Below are positions 19,038 through 27,636 of a DNA stretch of 64,000 nucleotides, piece by piece; the first letter of the stretch is position 1, and each line of letters starts with the position of its first letter. Under the pieces are notes generated by a model that saw nothing but the letters and a program-made list of their open reading frames with translations, did not search any database and was not told the origin of the DNA. Both the position numbers and the translations under genes were made by a program. The DNA lies in assembly GCA_963838025.1 (NCBI GenBank), contig CAWIPF010000001.1, positions 2,751,757-2,815,756 on the forward strand, given 5' to 3'. Origin of the DNA: an uncultured Actinomycetota bacterium (lineage in GTDB: Bacteria > Actinomycetota > Actinomycetes > Propionibacteriales > Nocardioidaceae).

Positions 19038-20027
19038 TCAGCCGCGCAGCTTGCGCGCCACCCGGCGGGCCAGCCCCCGGGGGGTGGCGGCAGCCGCCAG
19101 CTCGGCCCTGAGCAGCTCGTTGGTGTGCTGCTCCCTCTCCAGCTCCCGCATCAGCCGCTTGGTCACCCGGCGCAGGTCGCCGATGCGCTCGTTGGCGGCA
19201 GTGTGGTACGCCGCGTGCGCGATCGCGTCCTGGCTCCACGGCCCGGGCGACACCTTGACCCGGTCCAGCGCCCACCGGTCGCCGAACGCGGCGAAGTCCT
19301 TGCGGTAGGAGTCCTCGATGGTGGCGGCGACGTCTGGGGACAGCACCTCGCGGACCAGCGGCAGCGGCGTCTCGTTGGCCCGGGGGGTGTAGAGCTCCGA
19401 GGGCATCCCGAGATCCTCCAGGTGTGCCTTGACGTCGCGGAAGAGCGTCGAGAGCTCACTGAGGTCGTAGATCTTGGTGTAGTTGAGCTTGCGGGGGCGC
19501 ACCGAGGTGATCTGCGGCTTGAAGTGCCAGTCCGTGCTCAGCACCTCGTGGGTCTCCCACGGCCGGGCCAGCACGAAGGTCCGGAAGTCCTCGATCACCT
19601 GCTCGGGACTGCTCGCGACCCGCGGGAACCAGGGCTCGTCGACGTAGTGGTCGGTGTAGAAGGCGTGCCGCACCAGGAACTTCGACTGCCACGCCGACCA
19701 GAGCCGTGACCACGGGTCGCGCACCACCGCGAAGATCAGCCAGCCGTTGTCGGTGGAGATCTCCGCGAGCTCCTCGGGCGAGAGGTCGGTCAGCTGGGGG
19801 GTCTGCTTCCAACGGTCCCGCGACCCGTGCACGGTCATCAGCCGGGTCTGCTGGGCGCCCACCGCCGGGTAGAAGTCCTCGAGTGTCTCCCCCGCGAGGT
19901 CGGCGACCATCCACCGCAGGCTGGTGCAGGCGACCTTCGTCACCGAGATGTAGACGATCTTGTGCTTGGGCAGGACGAAGGAGTTCCCCGGCGCCCGAAA
20001 GCCTTCGCGGACGATGCTTGTGCTCAC
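19038..20027 (-). CDS. sulfotransferase family protein
   Basis: YISVTKVACTSLRWM (PAPS-binding-like), VVRDPWSRLWSAW. GTG 20027 chosen. C-terminal coiled-coil tail. Confidence 0.6.
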   Translation of the reverse strand: MSTSIVREGFRAPGNSFVLPKHKIVYISVTKVACTSLRWMVADLAGETLEDFYPAVGAQQTRLMTVHGSRDRWKQTPQLTDLSPEELAEISTDNGWLIFAVVRDPWSRLWSAWQSKFLVRHAFYTDHYVDEPWFPRVASSPEQVIEDFRTFVLARPWETHEVLSTDWHFKPQITSVRPRKLNYTKIYDLSELSTLFRDVKAHLEDLGMPSELYTPRANETPLPLVREVLSPDVAATIEDSYRKDFAAFGDRWALDRVKVSPGPWSQDAIAHAAYHTAANERIGDLRRVTKRLMRELEREQHTNELLRAELAAAATPRGLARRVARKLRG

Positions 20028-20077
20028 GGCACGAGTCTCACATACCGGCTCCGCGGACGTGAACCGCTCGGCGTCCG

Positions 20078-20266
20078 TCACCCGCCGCGACCCCGGTTGG
20101 CGACGATCGCGGCGGCCGGCGGGATGACCGCGGCCACCGCGCTCATCACCACCGCGGCCGTGGTGGAGTAGAAGCGCACCACGTTCCAGGCCAGCACGAT
20201 CAGCAGCACGCACAGGCCCATCATCGCGAAGTAGGCCTTCCGCGGCCCGCCGCCGTCACCGCCCAT
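20078..20266 (-). CDS. small two-TM membrane protein
   Basis: 62 aa with two hydrophobic helices and good GC3. Confidence 0.5.
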   Translation of the reverse strand: MGGDGGGPRKAYFAMMGLCVLLIVLAWNVVRFYSTTAAVVMSAVAAVIPPAAAIVANRGRGG

Positions 20267-20319
20267 GGCTTGAGGCTACGTCGGTAGGATCGAGGCATCC
20301 CCCACCACGGAGAGCACCC

Positions 20320-20658
20320 ATGTCTGGTCCAGCCGTCCCGCCCCGCGTGCGCAAGCACCTGATGACCCCGGGGCAGCCGCGCCCGCAGAACCGGGAGCCG
20401 ATGAGCCTGTCGCGCGTCCAGCGCTGGGTGCTCTCGACGCTCGCCGCCACCACGATCCTGCACCTGTCGGCGGGTCTGGTGGTCGCCGCGGCCTTCTCCG
20501 AGCGCCTCGACGCCCGGATCGGGCTCCTCGTGATCGCCGGGGCGTTCGGAGTGCTGGCGGTCCTGGCCGCCCTCCTGGTGCACCAGCAGCGACCGCTGAG
20601 CCCTTGGCTGCTCCTCGGTGCGCTGCCCACGGTGGTCGGCGCCTGGATCGTCTTCTGA
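20320..20658 (+). CDS. small membrane protein
   Basis: 112 aa with three hydrophobic segments. Confidence 0.5.
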   Translation: MSGPAVPPRVRKHLMTPGQPRPQNREPMSLSRVQRWVLSTLAATTILHLSAGLVVAAAFSERLDARIGLLVIAGAFGVLAVLAALLVHQQRPLSPWLLLGALPTVVGAWIVF

Positions 20659-20665
20659 CCCGGGG

Positions 20666-20902
20666 TCAGACCGCGTGCAGGGTGCCGTCCGACGCCTTGG
20701 TCACCAGGCCGTCGGCGACGGCGAAGGACAGCGCCCGGGCGAACCGGTCCTGCTCCCAGTAGCTCGCGCCGACCTCGTCCGCGAGGGCGTCCGTGGTCTG
20801 CGGCCCGTTGACCTCCAGGGCCCGCACGATCTGCCCCATCTCGTGGAACACGTGCCGGTCGCGGCGGCCTTCGGTGCTTGCCTTGGGGGGTGGCATGGGC
20901 AT
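20666..20902 (-). CDS. 78-aa hypothetical protein, possibly winged-helix
   Basis: AGGAGG RBS ahead of ATG 20902. Lies 38 nt downstream of the MFS gene on the same strand. Confidence 0.5.
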   Translation of the reverse strand: MPMPPPKASTEGRRDRHVFHEMGQIVRALEVNGPQTTDALADEVGASYWEQDRFARALSFAVADGLVTKASDGTLHAV

Positions 20903-20940
20903 GCTTGCTCCTCCTTCGGGACTCAGGCGGGCTTCGGGAC

Positions 20941-22425
20941 TCAGGCGGGCTGGGGCGCCGTACGGCCGGGGCCGCTGTCGGCGTCCTCCGCGGTCAGCGG
21001 CTTGGCGATGTTCTCCAGCGCCTGGCCCTCTGCCTTCACGCCGAGGAACGCCTCCACGACACCGCCGCCGATCATCAGCAACGCGCCGATGAAGTAGCCG
21101 AACGCGATCATGGTGATGTCCTTGTCGGCGGTGGCGTTGGCGATCAGCTTGCCGAACAGCAGCGGGCCGCTGATGCCGCCCACCGCGGTGCCGATGGCGT
21201 AGAAGAAGGCGATGGCCAGCGCACGGGTCTCCATCGGGAAGATCTCGCTCGCGGTGAGGTACGCCGCGCTCGCCCCGGCCGAGGCGAAGAAGAAGATGAT
21301 GGCACCCATCAGCGTCAGCGTGACCGCGCTGAGACCGCCCAGGAAGAACCCGGTGCCGCCGAGCAGCACGCCGGAGAGGATGTAGGTGCCGGCGATCATC
21401 TTGACCCTGCCGAGGGTGTCGAACAGGGGGCTCAGCAGCAGCGCGCCGAGGAAGTTGCTCACCGCGAAGACGGCGAGGTACCAACCGACCTGCTTGACGT
21501 CGAAGAACGTCGAGAGCGTGTCTCCATAGGTGAAGAAGAAGGCGTTGTAGAGGAACGCCTGGCCGACGAACAGCGAGAAGCACAGGATCGTCCGCTTGGG
21601 GTACTGCGTGAAGACGGTGCGCGCGATCAGGGGGATGCTGATCGTCTTGCGCTGCCGGATCGTGATGGTGCTGTCGACGTCGGGGAGGTCGCGGTGCGCC
21701 TCCTGGCGGACGGTCTCCTCGATGTCGCGCACCACCCGGTCACCCTCCTTCTCCCGGCCGTGGATGAACAGCCAGCGGGGGCTCTCAGGGACGTGGCGGC
21801 GCACGATCAGGATCCCGATCGCGAGGACCGCACCGAGCCCGAACGCGGTCCGCCAGCCCCACGCGGGGTCGACGACGTTCGGGTCGAGCAGCGGGATGGT
21901 CAGCAGCGAGCCGGCCGCCGCGCCGACCCAGAACGAGCCGTTGATCGCCACGTCGACCCGGCCCCGGTACTTGGCCGGGATCAGCTCGTCGACCGCGGAG
22001 TTGATCGCGGCGTACTCACCGCCGATGCCGGTGCCGGTGAGGAAGCGCGCGGCGAAGTACCACGCGGGGTTCATCGAGAAGGCGGTCAGCACCGTCGCCA
22101 CGGTGTAGACGCCCAGCGTCACCAGGAAGAGCTTCTTGCGGCCGAACCGGTCGGTGAGCTGACCGAAGAACAGGGCACCGAGGCACGCACCGGCCACGTA
22201 GGCCGCACCGGCGATCCCGACCTGGAAGCTGCTCATGCCCAGCCCGGTGCCGTGCGGCTTCAGCGCGTCGGACATCGAGCCGACGATGGTCACCTCGAGG
22301 CCGTCGAGGATCCACACCGTGCCGAGCCCGATGACGATCATCCAGTGCCAGCGCACCCACGGAAGCCGGTCGAGCCGTGCGGGGATGTTCGTGGTGATCC
22401 TGCCTGTCTCCACACTCGAAGCCAT
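20941..22425 (-). CDS. MFS transporter (sugar-porter/metabolite:H+ symporter type)
   Basis: GQLTDRFGRKK, PESPRWL, about 12 TM segments. ATG 22425 lies behind GGAGG. Confidence 0.9.
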   Translation of the reverse strand: MASSVETGRITTNIPARLDRLPWVRWHWMIVIGLGTVWILDGLEVTIVGSMSDALKPHGTGLGMSSFQVGIAGAAYVAGACLGALFFGQLTDRFGRKKLFLVTLGVYTVATVLTAFSMNPAWYFAARFLTGTGIGGEYAAINSAVDELIPAKYRGRVDVAINGSFWVGAAAGSLLTIPLLDPNVVDPAWGWRTAFGLGAVLAIGILIVRRHVPESPRWLFIHGREKEGDRVVRDIEETVRQEAHRDLPDVDSTITIRQRKTISIPLIARTVFTQYPKRTILCFSLFVGQAFLYNAFFFTYGDTLSTFFDVKQVGWYLAVFAVSNFLGALLLSPLFDTLGRVKMIAGTYILSGVLLGGTGFFLGGLSAVTLTLMGAIIFFFASAGASAAYLTASEIFPMETRALAIAFFYAIGTAVGGISGPLLFGKLIANATADKDITMIAFGYFIGALLMIGGGVVEAFLGVKAEGQALENIAKPLTAEDADSGPGRTAPQPA

Positions 22426-22520
22426 GTGATCCTCCCCCATGGTGAGACGGTTGTTACTGCCAGATACCCACCCGGCCAGGCTCCATGCGCCGGTGATCCG
22501 AAGAGGGCTGTGCGAGAGCC

Positions 22521-23453
22521 CTAGCCGGCTGCCTCGTGAGCGCGTGCCGTCGGGTCCAAGAACACGTGCTTGACCTCCGGGAAGGCCTCGCAGACCCGCT
22601 GGTCCACTTCGTCCGCGACGCGCTCGAGCGCGTCGCCGTCGGCGCCGTCGGCGACGTCGACGCGGGCCGCGACCAGCACGTCGTCCGGCCCGAGCCTCAG
22701 GGTCAGCAGCTCGAGCACCGCGTCCACCCCGTCGGACTCCTCGATGGTGCGCCGCACGCCGCCACGGACCTCCTCGGGCACCGAGCTGCCGATCAGCATG
22801 TGCTTGCTCTGCGCGCCGAGCGAGACCGCGACGAGGATCAGGAGCACGCCGATCGCGATGGAGGCGACCGCGTCCCACGCGGGTGACCCGGTCAGCGCGT
22901 GCAGCGCGAGACCAGCCGCGGCGAACAGCAGCCCGATGAGCGCGGCGCTGTCCTCGAACGCGACGGTCTTCACGGTCGGGTCCGGCGTCCGTACGACGTG
23001 CGTGAGCGTGCCGACGTCCTTCTCGCGCGCCTCGCTGCGCAGCTGACGCACCGCCTTCAGCCACGAGGTGCCCTCGAAGACGAACGCGAGAGCCAACACC
23101 ACGAAGGAGGTGACCAGTCCCTCGAGCGGCGCGGGGTGCAGCAGCGAGTGGATGCCCTCGTAGAAGGAGAACCCGGCGCCGAGGACGAAGATGCCGACGG
23201 CGGCCAACAGCGACCAGAAGTAGCGCTCCATGCCGTAGCCGAAGGGATGCTGCTCGTCGGCGGGCTTGCCGCTCCGCTTGAGCGCGGTCATCAAGAAGAC
23301 CTGGTTCAGCGTGTCCGCGAACGAGTGGGCCCCCTCGGCCAGCATCGCCGAGGACCCGGACAGCAGACCGGCCACCACCTTGGCGACCGCGATCGCCAGG
23401 TTCGCGGCGCCCGCCACCAGAACCGTTCCCTTGGACTCACCCTCTTCGGCCAT
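22521..23453 (-). CDS. cation diffusion facilitator (CDF) metal efflux transporter
   Basis: AEGAHSFADTLNQ, PFGYGMERYFW, six TM segments plus a cytoplasmic C-terminal domain. Confidence 0.85.
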   Translation of the reverse strand: MAEEGESKGTVLVAGAANLAIAVAKVVAGLLSGSSAMLAEGAHSFADTLNQVFLMTALKRSGKPADEQHPFGYGMERYFWSLLAAVGIFVLGAGFSFYEGIHSLLHPAPLEGLVTSFVVLALAFVFEGTSWLKAVRQLRSEAREKDVGTLTHVVRTPDPTVKTVAFEDSAALIGLLFAAAGLALHALTGSPAWDAVASIAIGVLLILVAVSLGAQSKHMLIGSSVPEEVRGGVRRTIEESDGVDAVLELLTLRLGPDDVLVAARVDVADGADGDALERVADEVDQRVCEAFPEVKHVFLDPTARAHEAAG

Positions 23454-23559
23454 GCCCGTTGATGTGCCCACCCAGCAGCAAACCGAAACGGCGGTGTAGG
23501 AACGGGTCCGGACGGGTAGGTCGTAGTGCGCACGGGGTGCCGGGAGCCGGAGGAGATCG

Positions 23560-24618
23560 ATGCCTGCTGTCCACCTGCGCCACCTGCGCCACCATCCGAG
23601 GATCGCCCTCGCCCTCAAGGCCGGCCTGGCCACGACACTGGCCTGGGCGCTGGTCCAGTCCCTTGGTGGCGTCGCCGACCGGTACCCGTACTACGCGCCG
23701 CTGGGCGCGATCATCGCGACCGGCACCACGGTCACCGCCTCCGTGCGCGACACCCTGGAAGGGGTGCTGTCGATCATGCTCGGCGCGTCGCTGGCGATCC
23801 TGATGGGGTATCTCGGCGTCTCGGGCCTGGTCGCCGTGGGCGTCGTGGTCGCCGGAGGCACGCTGCTGGCCGGGTGGAACCGGCTCGGCGGCAAGGCGAC
23901 GTGGGTCCCGTTCACCGCGCTGTTCGTCCTGATCATCGGCGGCGACCACGAGCTGACCTACGCCTTCGGCTACCTCGCCCTCGTCACCGTGGGCGCCACC
24001 GTGGGCATCGCGGTGAACCTCGCGTTCCCCCCGCTGCCGCTGACCGCCACGTGGACGAGCGTCACCAACCTGCGCAACCGGCTCGCCGAACAGCTCGACG
24101 ACCTCGCCGAGGGCCTTCTCCAGGAGACGCCGCCCGACGAGGCCGGCTGGCGGGAGCGCCGCAGGGCGGTCCGGCCGCTGGCCCGGGAGATGCACGACAT
24201 GGTCGCGCAGGCGACCGAGGCCCGCCGCGGGAACTGGCGCATCCGGCGGTGGCAGCACGAGGCCGACGGACAGTACGAGCAGGCCCGCGCCCTGGAGCTG
24301 CTCGCGTTCCTGGTCGAGGAGATGACGACGTTCGTGACCTCGCAGGAGAGCTCGGACCGGGACGAGGTGCCGCTCGGTCCCACCCTGCGTCCCTACGCGG
24401 CGCACGCGTTCCAGGAGACCGCCGAGGCGCTGCGGTCGGTGCAGCGCGGACGCGCCGACGCGGACTGCCTGGAGCAGGCGGACGCGGCCCTCACCCGGCT
24501 CGTCGAGGAGGTGCGAACGGTCCGCGAGGAGAGCTCCGGCGACCTGTTCGGCGCGGGCGCGCTGGTGATGACCCTGCGCCGCACGGTCACCTCGCTGAGG
24601 CGTGAGCCTGCCCGGTGA
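23560..24618 (+). CDS. FUSC/aromatic acid exporter (ArAE) family membrane protein
   Basis: LKAGLATTLAWAL, YYAPLGAII; N-terminal TM bundle and a helical cytoplasmic C-terminus. Confidence 0.65.
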   Translation: MPAVHLRHLRHHPRIALALKAGLATTLAWALVQSLGGVADRYPYYAPLGAIIATGTTVTASVRDTLEGVLSIMLGASLAILMGYLGVSGLVAVGVVVAGGTLLAGWNRLGGKATWVPFTALFVLIIGGDHELTYAFGYLALVTVGATVGIAVNLAFPPLPLTATWTSVTNLRNRLAEQLDDLAEGLLQETPPDEAGWRERRRAVRPLAREMHDMVAQATEARRGNWRIRRWQHEADGQYEQARALELLAFLVEEMTTFVTSQESSDRDEVPLGPTLRPYAAHAFQETAEALRSVQRGRADADCLEQADAALTRLVEEVRTVREESSGDLFGAGALVMTLRRTVTSLRREPAR

Positions 24619-24708
24619 GAGGACGCCGGGGAGGTGCGGCGACCCGGCGACCACGTGGTGATGGCCGACCCCGAGGGGAACGAGCTCTGCGTCGTCTGCG
24701 CGCGCGGC

Positions 24709-25704
24709 TCACCGCACCGTGACCACGGCCTCGCCCCGGGGCACGAGCTCCCCGATCACCGGGTGGCCGGGAAGCTCCCCCGCCACCAGCAGGCCGCCCG
24801 AGGTCTGGGCGTCCGCGAGCAGCAGCAGCTCGTCCTCGTCCACGGAGGCGCCGAGGTGCGGGCGCACCCAGTCGAGGTTCCGCCGCGAGCCCCCCGGCAC
24901 GAAGCCCTCCGCCAAGGAGCGGCGCGCGTCGTCCAGGTAGGGGACCGCCCCCGAGTCGACCACGGCGGACACGCCACTGGCCCGGCACAGCTTGTAGAGG
25001 TGGCCGAGCAGCCCGAAGCCGGTCACGTCGGTCGCGCACACGGCTCCCGCCGCCAGCGCCGCCCGGGACGCGTCCCGGTTGAGCGACGTCATCACCTCGA
25101 CCGCGTCGTCGAACACCACCCCGGTCGCCTTGTGCCGGTTGTTCAGCACCCCGAGGCCGAGAGGCTTGGTCAGCGTCAGCGGGACCCCCGGGGCCCCGGC
25201 GTCGTTGCGCAGCAGCCGGTCCGCGTCGGCGAGCCCGGTGACCGCCATGCCGTACTTCGGCTCGGGGTCGTCGATGCTGTGCCCGCCGGCGAGGTGCGTG
25301 GCCGCCTCCGCGCAGACCGCCGCACCCCCGCGCAGCACCTCGGCGGCGACCTCGAACGGGATCCGGTCGCGCGGCCAGGCGAGCAGGTTCACCGCGACCA
25401 GCGGTTCGCCGCCCATCGCGTAGACGTCGGAGAGCGCGTTGACGGCCGCGATCCTGCCCCAGTCGTAGGCGTCGTCGACGACCGGGGTGAAGAAGTCCGC
25501 GGTCGCGATGACGGCGCGGCCCCCGTCGATGCGCACGGCCGCCCCGTCGTCGCCGTTCTCCAGCCCGACGAGCAGGTCGTCGGAGCCGGGTCCGGCGACG
25601 AGGCCGGACAGCACTCGCTCGAGCTCGCCGGGGGGCACCTTGCAGGCGCAGCCGCCCCCGGCGGCGTACTGGGTCAGACGGAGCGAGGAACCGGTGGTGG
25701 TCAC
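24709..25704 (-). CDS. selD: selenide, water dikinase (Cys-type)
   Basis: LTQYAAGGGCACKVPP, PurM-like AIR-synthase fold motifs, TDVTGFGLLGH. Confidence 0.9.
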   Translation of the reverse strand: MTTTGSSLRLTQYAAGGGCACKVPPGELERVLSGLVAGPGSDDLLVGLENGDDGAAVRIDGGRAVIATADFFTPVVDDAYDWGRIAAVNALSDVYAMGGEPLVAVNLLAWPRDRIPFEVAAEVLRGGAAVCAEAATHLAGGHSIDDPEPKYGMAVTGLADADRLLRNDAGAPGVPLTLTKPLGLGVLNNRHKATGVVFDDAVEVMTSLNRDASRAALAAGAVCATDVTGFGLLGHLYKLCRASGVSAVVDSGAVPYLDDARRSLAEGFVPGGSRRNLDWVRPHLGASVDEDELLLLADAQTSGGLLVAGELPGHPVIGELVPRGEAVVTVR

Positions 25705-25741
25705 CCGGTCACGGTACCCACTCCGATCCGCCGTCAGCGGC

Positions 25742-26674
25742 TCACCCGACGGGTGAGCCCGTCGCCGCCGCGCGCTCCGCGAGCCGCTGCTTCTGCGGGA
25801 CCACGGTGTACTTCGGGTCCTTGGCCGAGGCGATGCCGGCCTCGAAGATCCCGAACCGGGTCAGCAGCGAGGCGGTGACGTAGGAGGCGCCCGCGACCGC
25901 AGAGACCAGCCGGGAGCGACCGCCGAGCAGGGACAGCGCGGCCGATCCGGCCGTCATCGCCCGCGCGGTCTTCATCAGCAGGCCGGGACGGCCCTCCCGG
26001 TAGGGCTCGGCGACCATCCCGAGCCTGCGCTTGAGCAGCTCGGCGCCGGTGAGCTCGACCGCCGCGCCGGCGATCGCCATCCGGCGCGCCGGGCCGTTCT
26101 CGCTCTTGGGGGCCAGCAGCATCGCGAAACCGCCGGCGGCGGTCATCCCGGAGCCGGCGAAGATGAACGGCATCTCGCGGTAGCCCTCGTGCCAGGCCGG
26201 GACCGCGGTGCTGGAGACCAGCGCTGCGGTGTACGTCGCGAGCGGCGGCCCGAACGCGGCGGCGCCGACCCCGGCGAGCCTGCCCAGCCGGGGCAGCCGG
26301 CCGGTCAGGTTGGAGGCGAACGCGGCCGCCGAGAGCCCGCCGAACGGCGCGAGGATGTAGGAGCCCACCGAGAGCGGCGAGGTCACCTTGAGCACCCGCA
26401 GCATGTTCAAGAACCGCTCCGGGCGGCCGAGGTCGTGGACCAGCGCGGCCGTGCCCACCGCGGCACCGCCGGCGGCGGCCCCGCGCGCGATCCGCTCGAG
26501 CGTCGGTCGTCCGGTCATCGCGGCGCCCTCGGCGAGCACCCCGGAGGCGCCGGCCATCCCGCCGATGAACAGGTACAGGGGGACGTCGGGGGTCTTCCAG
26601 GTCGGGGTCTTGATGATCTGCTTGCCGTAGTAGGACTCGAACTCCGGCTCCGGCACCATCGCGCGCTCTCTCAC
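25742..26674 (-). CDS. NrfD/PsrC-type membrane anchor subunit of the formate dehydrogenase
   Basis: YYGKQIIKTPTWKTPDVPLYLFIGGMAG, about eight TM segments. GTGA overlap with fdhB. Confidence 0.8.
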   Translation of the reverse strand: MRERAMVPEPEFESYYGKQIIKTPTWKTPDVPLYLFIGGMAGASGVLAEGAAMTGRPTLERIARGAAAGGAAVGTAALVHDLGRPERFLNMLRVLKVTSPLSVGSYILAPFGGLSAAAFASNLTGRLPRLGRLAGVGAAAFGPPLATYTAALVSSTAVPAWHEGYREMPFIFAGSGMTAAGGFAMLLAPKSENGPARRMAIAGAAVELTGAELLKRRLGMVAEPYREGRPGLLMKTARAMTAGSAALSLLGGRSRLVSAVAGASYVTASLLTRFGIFEAGIASAKDPKYTVVPQKQRLAERAAATGSPVG

Positions 26675-27636
26675 CGGCGCCTCCCCACGCTCGTGCTGAG
26701 GAGCCGAGGGACGAGGCGTCTCGAAGTGAACGACGCGACACCGACCCCGACCAGGGTCGCCGCCGCTGCTCCCACGTGCCTCCAGATCGAGCCGAGGTCC
26801 CGCGTGGTGACGACCGGGTCCGGGGGCAGGCCGTAGACCTCCGGCTCGTCGAGCAGCAGGAAGAACGCCCCGTCACCGCCGACGCCGTCCCCTGGGTCGT
26901 GGCCGTAGAGCCGGGCCACGTCGACACCCTGCGCGTGCAGGTCGGCCAGCCGCCGGTCGGCCCGCTCACGCAGCTCGTCGAGGTCGCCGTACTGGATGGA
27001 CTCGGTGGGGCAGGCCTGCGCGCAGGCCGGGGTCTGCCCGTCCTTGAGCCGGTCGTAGCACAGCGTGCACTTGAACGCGCGGCCGTCCTCCTTGCGCAGG
27101 TCGATGACGCCGTAGGGGCAGGCCGGGACGCAGTAGCCGCAGCCGTTGCAGATGTCGGGCTGCACGACCACGGTGCCGAACTCGGTGCGGAACAGCGACC
27201 CGGTGGGGCAGACGTCCAGGCAGGCCGCGTGCGTGCAGTGCTTGCACACGTCGGAGGACATCAGCCAGCGCATGCCGCTGTCCGCCGACTCGGCGCCCTG
27301 GTCCTCGTGGGCGGGCAGCCCGCTCTCGTGGCTGTCCCACCCGGGGGGACCCATTCCCGGCAGGCCGAGGTCGGCGGTGGTCGGGTGCAGCGGCTTCTCG
27401 ACGAACGCGACGTGCCGCCAGGTGTCCGCACCCAGCGCCTGGGTGTTGTCGTAGGACATGCCCGACAGCGAGATGCCGTCCTCGGGGACGTCGTTCCACT
27501 CCTTGCAGGCGACCTCGCAGGCCTTGCAGCCGATGCACACCGACGTGTCGGTGAAGAAGCCCTTGCGCGGCGGGTGCTGCCGGTAGCCCGCGTCGGCCTG
27601 CACGTCGTCCAGCGGCCCGTACAGCGAGCTGCTCAC
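26671..27636 (-). CDS. fdhB: formate dehydrogenase iron-sulfur subunit (4x[4Fe-4S])
   Basis: CIGCKACEVACKEWN, CKHCTHAACLDVCP, CNGCGYCVPACP, CTLCYDRL...CAQACP. GTGA overlap with fdhA. Confidence 0.9.
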   Translation of the reverse strand: MSSSLYGPLDDVQADAGYRQHPPRKGFFTDTSVCIGCKACEVACKEWNDVPEDGISLSGMSYDNTQALGADTWRHVAFVEKPLHPTTADLGLPGMGPPGWDSHESGLPAHEDQGAESADSGMRWLMSSDVCKHCTHAACLDVCPTGSLFRTEFGTVVVQPDICNGCGYCVPACPYGVIDLRKEDGRAFKCTLCYDRLKDGQTPACAQACPTESIQYGDLDELRERADRRLADLHAQGVDVARLYGHDPGDGVGGDGAFFLLLDEPEVYGLPPDPVVTTRDLGSIWRHVGAAAATLVGVGVASFTSRRLVPRLLSTSVGRRR

